A stretch of DNA of 21,682 bases from a virus (Duplodnaviria; Heunggongvirae; Uroviricota; Caudoviricetes): positions 64,001-85,682 of IMG/VR virus record IMGVR_UViG_3300028797_000009. The stretch is one strand, 5' to 3'. The position numbers were made by a program, and so were the translations under genes. Of the stretch, positions 17,158-21,682 are shown piece by piece. Every line of letters starts with the position of its first letter. Position 1 is the first letter of the stretch. A model generated the notes under the pieces. It searched no databases. It saw nothing but the letters and a program-made list of their open reading frames with translations, and was not told where the DNA came from.

Positions 17158-17775
17158 ATGGCTTATGAACAAGTTTTGAAATTTGACCCTCAAAAGATGG
17201 GCACCCGTAAGGGATGGTGTCTGATGAATTGCCGTCTAGGATTTGGAATAAATAAAGGCACCTATCCATCAGCAAAAGCAGATATGGAAGCACAACAAAA
17301 AGAGGGTTGCTTCCACGCTGGTGAATTACCGCCAACAAATATAGCCGCTCCGATTTATTTTGATACTGCTAGCCAGTATGAGCACGTTATGGTTGCCGAC
17401 CACGGAACATATTATTCTGATGGTAAAAGGTTGACTAGTTTGGCTGGGTGGAAGTTAATTGGCTGGGGTGAAAAGTGTGATGGTGTTCGAGTAGTTAAAT
17501 ACACCGATGGCCCTGCTCCACAACCTGTACCTGGTTTCCTACCTGCTAAGGGTTATTGGGCTTATGGCGATAATGATGGTCGTATTGGTCAGGTAGCAAG
17601 TTTCATGCGTGCTAAATTCCCTGCTTATACAAATAAAAAAGCACTAGGTAATTACTTCGGTCCTTATCTGAAAGCCTCAATCACGGAATTCCAGCGTAGA
17701 ACTGGGCTAGAAAGGGACGGCAGAATCGGACCTAAGACTTACGCAATGCTAAAGAAATATGGTTTCAAAGGATAA
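17158..17775 (+). CDS. Endolysin: Cys-His (CHAP/NlpC-P60-like) peptidase plus PG_binding_1 domain
   Basis: GWCL...EHV catalytic-like pair, PAPQP linker, EFQRRTGLERDGRIGPKT peptidoglycan-binding motif. GAGGTG SD supports ATG 17158. Confidence 0.82.
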   Translation: MAYEQVLKFDPQKMGTRKGWCLMNCRLGFGINKGTYPSAKADMEAQQKEGCFHAGELPPTNIAAPIYFDTASQYEHVMVADHGTYYSDGKRLTSLAGWKLIGWGEKCDGVRVVKYTDGPAPQPVPGFLPAKGYWAYGDNDGRIGQVASFMRAKFPAYTNKKALGNYFGPYLKASITEFQRRTGLERDGRIGPKTYAMLKKYGFKG

Positions 17776-17778
17776 AAT

Positions 17779-18024
17779 ATGGAAGTTTTTGAATTAGACC
17801 CTGTGACCGCCGCTATCCTTCTTGGTATGGTGGCTGGTGTAGTCGAATTAGTAAAAAGAGCGTTTGATAAAGATTGGAAAGCCACAGCAACGATTATTGG
17901 TGCTGGTTGTGCTGGTGGTATTACGTCTTTATTGATGGGCGTTAATCCACTCATGGGGATTGTAGTAGGATTAGCTGCTTCGGGCTATATTACAATTGTT
18001 CAGAATATTGGTCCGAAGAAATAA
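17779..18024 (+). CDS. Holin
   Basis: 81 aa, 2-3 hydrophobic helices, basic C-terminus, adjacent to the endolysin. Confidence 0.78.
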   Translation: MEVFELDPVTAAILLGMVAGVVELVKRAFDKDWKATATIIGAGCAGGITSLLMGVNPLMGIVVGLAASGYITIVQNIGPKK

Positions 18025-18028
18025 TGAA

Positions 18029-18056
18029 AAATAACCCTCGGTAACGGGGGTTATTT
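18029..18056. terminator. Bidirectional intrinsic terminator between late and early modules
   Basis: AAATAACCCTCG-gtaa-CGGGGGTTATTT flanked by A and T tracts. Confidence 0.85.
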
Positions 18057-18063
18057 ATTGGAA

Positions 18064-18072
18064 TGGTATAAT
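18064..18072 (+). promoter_or_regulatory. Extended -10 promoter (TGgTATAAT) for candidate sRNA-1
   Basis: Exact TGnTATAAT just after the terminator, with no + strand ORF downstream. Confidence 0.65.
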
Positions 18073-18077
18073 TAACT

Positions 18078-18138
18078 AGTAGCGCTACTTATACCTCCTT
18101 TCTTTGAGAATAGTCCTCTTTGTAGGGCTATTCTTTTT
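18078..18138 (+). ncRNA. Candidate anti-SD small RNA 1 (~60 nt)
   Basis: Promoter 18064-18072, AGTAGCGCTACT palindrome 18078-18089, TACCTCCTTTCTTTG seed, hairpin AGAATAGTCCT/AGGGCTATTCT (18107-18134) plus T tract. Confidence 0.6.
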
Positions 18139-18376
18139 CGTTGTCAATCCAGTCTTTTGCTTCCTCTACGGTGTCGAATGGTTCGGCTAGAATACGGAAT
18201 TGTCCAGTATCGTCACCTGTTCCTTGTTCTGCAACTGCATAGATTGGTGATTCGTAGAAATCGTTTGTAGTAAGAACTTCGCTGATGGACAATGCGACCC
18301 CTTGTGTGTCGTATGTAGTGAAGTATGACACCTCGTTAGAATGTCTGACTAGAATGTATAATCCTTTATATTCCAT
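18128..18376 (-). CDS. Hypothetical protein (82 aa)
   Basis: GGAG upstream and TAATG coupling. Last gene of an early operon. Confidence 0.6.
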   Translation of the reverse strand: MEYKGLYILVRHSNEVSYFTTYDTQGVALSISEVLTTNDFYESPIYAVAEQGTGDDTGQFRILAEPFDTVEEAKDWIDNEKE

Positions 18377-18627
18377 TAGTGATATGCTCCGACTAATTTT
18401 CCATTATATTCAGATTTTGAACTGTTCCACCAATCCTTTGCTTCGTGGTAAGTTTTGAAAATACCATCTGTAAAATCCTCATTGTATCCAAGAGCGAAAT
18501 CTGTGCATCCTTTTACGCTTTCGCAAAAGATAACATATCCTGTTTCGATTTTGGCGATTTGTGGGGATTGAAAATTACAAGAATTAAATTTTCCAAAAGC
18601 ACCATTTAAGCGTTTGGTTGGTTTCAT
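18376..18627 (-). CDS. Hypothetical protein (83 aa)
   Basis: ATGA overlap upstream and TAATG overlap downstream. Confidence 0.6.
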   Translation of the reverse strand: MKPTKRLNGAFGKFNSCNFQSPQIAKIETGYVIFCESVKGCTDFALGYNEDFTDGIFKTYHEAKDWWNSSKSEYNGKLVGAYH

Positions 18628-19022
18628 TTTGATACGACCTCTCTGAATTTAACGCCCCATACCTTTTCAATCTGGTTAATGATGGAAGAGTATGGACGAG
18701 TTTTGTCTAGGGTTTTAGGGTAATCTTCTGGAAACTCATTTTTGAAGAACTGTCGCCATTGTTGAGCGGTTAATGGCTTAATTTTGAAGGCTGGCTTTTC
18801 TCCTTTTGAATTGCGAACGATGGTGTATTTATGAGATTTGCCACGCTTTGAGATTTTGCCTCCGATGGAACCTGCTGATTTGGCTAGTTCACGATTGGCA
18901 AAAAATCCACCAGTAGTTCCGTTCTGACCTCCGATAGAACCGATTTCCTTGTAGAAGTTTTTACCGTGTAAGCGTTTATTGGTTATACTTGCTTTTTTAC
19001 CCCCTAATTTTGTTCCTGACAT
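18624..19022 (-). CDS. KGG/Con-10-like repeat (general stress) protein with C-terminal extension
   Basis: GTKLGGKKA...FYKEIGSIGGQNG..GGFFANRELAKSAGSIGGKISKRG, with AGGAGGT SD. Confidence 0.75.
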   Translation of the reverse strand: MSGTKLGGKKASITNKRLHGKNFYKEIGSIGGQNGTTGGFFANRELAKSAGSIGGKISKRGKSHKYTIVRNSKGEKPAFKIKPLTAQQWRQFFKNEFPEDYPKTLDKTRPYSSIINQIEKVWGVKFREVVSK

Positions 19023-19089
19023 TTCTTTTACCTCCTAATTTTGATACTAAATAATCTATATGGATTGAAAATCTTTGATGGTCGCCTCC

Positions 19090-19314
19090 TTAAATGATTG
19101 TATTAATTTGCTCTAAAACCTTCTCTTCGAGTAGGTCTTGATATTCTTCCTCAACGAAAACATCTGGCATTGAGATAATTTCTGGGGTTTCGATTGCCTG
19201 GGCAACATAACCATCTCCGTCATCTCCGTAGTCGAGAATGTCTGGGACGAGAGTCCATTCAACCTCTTTATTTTCGATAAGATATTTTGCGATTAGTTCG
19301 ATTGCTTGTTCCAT
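19090..19314 (-). CDS. Hypothetical acidic protein (74 aa)
   Basis: AAGAAAGG SD upstream of ATG at 19314 (MEQAIELIAK). Very Asp/Glu rich. Confidence 0.6.
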   Translation of the reverse strand: MEQAIELIAKYLIENKEVEWTLVPDILDYGDDGDGYVAQAIETPEIISMPDVFVEEEYQDLLEEKVLEQINTII

Positions 19315-19325
19315 ATTAACCTTTC

Positions 19326-19670
19326 TTATGCGTACCAACTTTCGTAAACTTGCTCACCGTGATATGGGGTTGCGATATGACCACCAATCTCGAAGCATTG
19401 GAAATCTTTGTAGTAGTCTTTGAATTTGACGATTTTGCCTTTGATTACATCGTTGATAAATACATCCCAACTTTTGAGTCTGGCTGTTGATGTGTCATAG
19501 CGAGAATCGCTACACATAAACCCTGTTGAATCTACTTGTCTGTCCATATCTACGGGTTCAACCACGGCTTGTGTTTTGCCTCGAAGGGCTTTTATTCTGT
19601 AAAAGTCCACATTTGTTTGGTCGTATCCCCAACTGATTGCGAAGATGTCGCCAATTTTTGCCTTTTTCAT
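19326..19670 (-). CDS. Hypothetical protein with GDIF..SWGYDQTNVDFY motif (114 aa)
   Basis: AAAGAAAGGAG SD before ATG 19670. First gene after the promoter at 19720-19748. Confidence 0.7.
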   Translation of the reverse strand: MKKAKIGDIFAISWGYDQTNVDFYRIKALRGKTQAVVEPVDMDRQVDSTGFMCSDSRYDTSTARLKSWDVFINDVIKGKIVKFKDYYKDFQCFEIGGHIATPYHGEQVYESWYA

Positions 19671-19719
19671 ATTGTTTCTCCTTTCTTTATCTGGGTGGGT
19701 TTTCTCCCCTCCCATTATT

Positions 19720-19748
19720 ATTATATATGAAAACTCTCAAAAAGTAAA
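19720..19748 (-). promoter_or_regulatory. Sigma70-type early promoter P1 (TTTACT-17-TATAAT)
   Basis: -35 at 19743-19748, -10 at 19720-19725, 17-nt spacer. Homologous to P2. Confidence 0.75.
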
Positions 19749-19780
19749 TAGTTTTTTTGAAGATTTTTCGAGATTTTTAT

Positions 19781-19815
19781 AAAAAACCACCCTCAATTTT
19801 GGTGAGGATGGTTTT
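19781..19815 (-). terminator. Intrinsic terminator (sRNA-2 / SprT operon)
   Basis: Minus strand AAAACCATCCTCA-ccaaaat-TGAGGGTGGTTTTTT. Confidence 0.8.
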
Positions 19816-19847
19816 CCGATAAAAGAAAGGGTAATCTTAATGATTAC
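19781..19847 (-). ncRNA. Candidate anti-SD small RNA 2 (~67 nt)
   Basis: Promoter at 19854-19882, 5' hairpin GTAATC-attaa-GATTAC starting at the predicted +1 (19847), CCTTTCTTTTAT seed, terminator 19783-19815. Confidence 0.62.
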
Positions 19848-19853
19848 AAGCCT

Positions 19854-19882
19854 ATTGTAGTTTGTTTTTTGCCGTGTGTCAA
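19854..19882 (-). promoter_or_regulatory. Sigma70-type promoter (TTGACA-17-TACAAT) for candidate sRNA-2
   Basis: -35 at 19877-19882, -10 at 19854-19859, exact 17-nt spacer. Only ~65 nt to the next terminator. Confidence 0.75.
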
Positions 19883-19957
19883 TGTATAGATGAGTATTTT
19901 ATCGTATTTGGCTGAAAAAGCCGTCAGAAGCCAAAATACGAGGTCTGGTGGGGGATT

Positions 19958-20425
19958 TTACTTAGTTCCCGTGAGCTTGAAGTCCAATAGGTAGTTCGGG
20001 TTAAAATGTCCGTTGCTACAATAGGAGCAAGAATAACGGCGACCTCGACCAACACGGTTGCGAGTGAAGGTGTGTCCACAATGGGTACAGACTGCGTAAT
20101 ATTTTGGTAGAGGAGTAACTATATCTTCCGATGAATAGCATCTTTCTGGTTTTGCTCCAATTTGTTGGCAATAGTGCCTCCAAGTTGAATCGTGTCCGTG
20201 TTTTGCCCCTGCTAAACCGTGGGCAATTTCATGGAGAACGGTGTCTTTTGTGGTTTCCCACGGGTTAAGTTCGGCTAAAACTTTGGAGATGGTGATTAAG
20301 TGAGAACTACAATAGCAAGTGCCATAAGTTCTTTTACCTCTGCTCCAATGGAAAGCCCAATTTTCGCCTAGGTGTTCCTTAATCATCGTGCGTATTCTTG
20401 GTTCTAGGATTTGTAGAGATTCCAT
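19958..20425 (-). CDS. SprT-like zinc metalloprotease with C-terminal Zn ribbon
   Basis: TVLHEIAH (HExxH)...HGHDSTW, CTHC...CSYC. GAGGAG SD supports ATG 20425. Confidence 0.88.
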   Translation of the reverse strand: MESLQILEPRIRTMIKEHLGENWAFHWSRGKRTYGTCYCSSHLITISKVLAELNPWETTKDTVLHEIAHGLAGAKHGHDSTWRHYCQQIGAKPERCYSSEDIVTPLPKYYAVCTHCGHTFTRNRVGRGRRYSCSYCSNGHFNPNYLLDFKLTGTK

Positions 20426-20427
20426 AA

Positions 20428-20784
20428 CTACTCCTCGTTCCATTCATGTCTTGCGTTTTGGATGATGTCATCTAGCCAACGGTAGCCCATCTGGAAACGA
20501 AGAGTAATGGCGAATTTGTCTAGATTGCACATATCGTCTAAGTCGATTATGAAGATATTTAAATCGTTTTGGAATTCGTCTGTTCCACTCAGATTGAATG
20601 TTCCATTGAGGTCTTTACCTTGGCAAGTGTAAACCGTGAATTCGTCTTTGAGAAAATTGTTCTCTTTGAGCTGGTTTATGTAAAGGTGAAGTTCCTCTGG
20701 CATATATCCTAGCATTGTACAAGCACTGCCATCGCATAATTGATAAAGTTTTTTATCGAATGCTTTTAGTTCTTTTCTTTTCAT
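20428..20784 (-). CDS. Hypothetical protein (118 aa)
   Basis: AAAAGAAAGGA SD. First gene after promoter P2. Confidence 0.7.
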   Translation of the reverse strand: MKRKELKAFDKKLYQLCDGSACTMLGYMPEELHLYINQLKENNFLKDEFTVYTCQGKDLNGTFNLSGTDEFQNDLNIFIIDLDDMCNLDKFAITLRFQMGYRWLDDIIQNARHEWNEE

Positions 20785-20831
20785 ATATTTTCCTTTCTTT
20801 TATGGGAGGTATTATCCCTCCTCCCATTTTT

Positions 20832-20860
20832 ATTATATATGAAAAGTGTTAATAAGTCAA
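20832..20860 (-). promoter_or_regulatory. Sigma70-type early promoter P2 (TTGACT-17-TATAAT)
   Basis: -35 at 20855-20860 (within the last codons of the nuclease gene), -10 at 20832-20837. Confidence 0.8.
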
Positions 20861-21307
20861 TACTTTTTTGATAATTTCTTTTGAAATTAGGTCGGAAATT
20901 TTTAAGAGGTAGCCTTCCGCATTATCTCCCATATCCACTAATTGAGGTTTGGTTTCTCGGATATAACTACGCATATCTACGAGCCAAAAGCCATATAATT
21001 CATTGGATTGGGATAGGTAATAGAGAATATAATCTGCGTGGCTTTTTGCTAGGCAACCAATGTTCCCGCTGGTAGTTTCCTCATAAACGAAGTTGCCGGT
21101 TTTATGGGCTAGTCGGTCGGTTTTGACCTCATATTTAATGACAATTCCACTATGTTTCTCGGCTAGAAAATCTATATCTAGGTCTTGGAAGTAGATATCA
21201 TTGCGAACATCCATTACTGTTTTATTTTGAGAAGATTGGCAAAGAAGTTTATAAACTAACTCCTCCCCTTTTTCTCCCTCCGTTAAATCTTCTTTGAAAT
21301 TTCCCAT
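20849..21307 (-). CDS. PD-(D/E)xK family nuclease-like protein, probably leaderless
   Basis: GEKGE...QDLDIDF...YEVKTD...TGNFVYE motif. ATG 21307 lies 6 nt downstream of a consensus -10. Confidence 0.75.
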   Translation of the reverse strand: MGNFKEDLTEGEKGEELVYKLLCQSSQNKTVMDVRNDIYFQDLDIDFLAEKHSGIVIKYEVKTDRLAHKTGNFVYEETTSGNIGCLAKSHADYILYYLSQSNELYGFWLVDMRSYIRETKPQLVDMGDNAEGYLLKISDLISKEIIKKVLTY

Positions 21308-21313
21308 ATTTTG

Positions 21314-21342
21314 ATTATAAATGGATTTCAATGATATGTCAA
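21314..21342 (-). promoter_or_regulatory. Perfect consensus sigma70 promoter (TTGACA-17-TATAAT)
   Basis: -35 at 21337-21342, -10 at 21314-21319. Confidence 0.85.
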
Positions 21343-21366
21343 AAAAGCCGTCGATTATGACGGCTT
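21341..21366 (-). terminator. Intrinsic terminator
   Basis: AAGCCGTC-ataatc-GACGGCTT followed by TTTT on the minus strand. Confidence 0.85.
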
Positions 21367-21372
21367 AATGCA

Positions 21373-21444
21373 CTATTCAAGTGGAGTTTCAATATACTGA
21401 ACACCAATCGAAGAAGTGGCTGAAACTACGTGAAATATCTTCAT
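21373..21444 (-). CDS. Possible 23-aa micro-ORF (MKIFHVVSATSSIGVQYIETPLE)
   Basis: TAAATATG junction with the upstream gene, filling the gap to the terminator. No clear SD. Confidence 0.3.
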   Translation of the reverse strand: MKIFHVVSATSSIGVQYIETPLE

Positions 21445-21446
21445 AT

Positions 21447-21680
21447 TTACCACCATTTATTTGCGTTCCAGAAGGCTACTGCGTTCGACCAAGAACCGTA
21501 TCGGCTCTGTGCGTAGCTTTGGCACCATTTCATTTGTGTCACGGGATTTGTTTGCCAATCCGTACCTGCCGAAGCCATTTTGCTTCCTGGTAAACTTTGA
21601 CAAACTCCGTAAGCACCTGATGATTTATTGGTTGCCGTAGGATTACAATTAGACTCTTTTTGGAAGATGAAGTAAGCATT
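21447..21680 (-). CDS. Lytic transglycosylase (SLT; Apf/Rpf-like C-terminal domain), 3' part; not in ORF track
   Basis: My translation: NAYFIFQKESNCNPTATNKSSGAYGVCQSLPGSKMASAGTDWQTNPVTQMKWCQSYAQSRYGSWSNAVAFWNANKWW*. It has the ES catalytic motif, SGAYG.CQ.LPGSKM and terminal WW. Confidence 0.88.
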   Translation of the reverse strand, partial: NAYFIFQKESNCNPTATNKSSGAYGVCQSLPGSKMASAGTDWQTNPVTQMKWCQSYAQSRYGSWSNAVAFWNANKWW

Positions 21681-21682
21681 TG

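Noticed and set aside
18061-18106. Minus-strand gene behind AAGAAAGGAGGT (type I toxin peptide)
   Set aside because: No ATG/GTG/TTG at a usable spacing and a stop follows within a few codons, so the tract is read as the sRNA-1 seed.
19040-19092. Orphan AAGGAGG SD (19085-19091, minus strand) suggesting a missed small gene
   Set aside because: Followed by ATC rather than a start codon, and by a stop within 8 codons. At most a relic.
19840-19860. + strand mini-ORF MITSLL behind an AAAGAAAGG 'SD' as an alternative explanation of sRNA-2
   Set aside because: Only 6 codons, no + strand promoter seen, and its ATG sits inside the hairpin. The minus-strand promoter and terminator fit better, though it is not formally excluded.
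21381-21593. + strand 70-aa ORF from the track
   Set aside because: It is antisense to the clearly recognisable transglycosylase domain.
1-21682. Alternative genetic code (TGA or TAG recoding, as in some CPR and gut phages)
   Set aside because: TGA ends genes in clean ATGA overlaps (3207, 3933, 16633, 17031), TAG ends others (18128, 20428), and standard-code ORFs tile the window without gaps.
18025-21682. Integrase, att site, repressor or tRNA
   Set aside because: No recognisable motifs or cloverleaf. Temperate lifestyle cannot be established from this window.

Overview
Part of a long-tailed (siphovirus-like) dsDNA phage or prophage. Positions 1-18024 on the + strand are a complete late module: protease-scaffold-HK97 capsid fusion, head-tail connectors, tail tube, two chaperones, tape measure, Dit, Tal-like hub with two carbohydrate-binding domains, three paralogous small tail genes, further tail proteins, endolysin and holin. 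Positions 18128-21682 are a convergent, minus-strand early/accessory region with a KGG-repeat protein, SprT protease, PD-(D/E)xK nuclease and a partial Apf/Rpf-like transglycosylase absent from the ORF track. Gene content suggests a Saccharibacteria (TM7/CPR) host, by inference only. The most striking unexplained structure is a pair of unrelated-sequence ~60-67 nt ORF-less transcription units (18078-18138 +, 19781-19847 -). Each has a promoter, a 5' hairpin at the predicted start site, a CCUUUCUUU seed and an intrinsic terminator. The seeds are complementary (11-12 nt) to the AAAGAAAGG ribosome-binding sites of the first genes of two early operons, which are driven by a duplicated promoter/leader module. 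This looks like a modular anti-Shine-Dalgarno sRNA gating system. No integrase, tRNA, rRNA, CRISPR array or DGR is visible. All product calls are from motif recognition without database searches.
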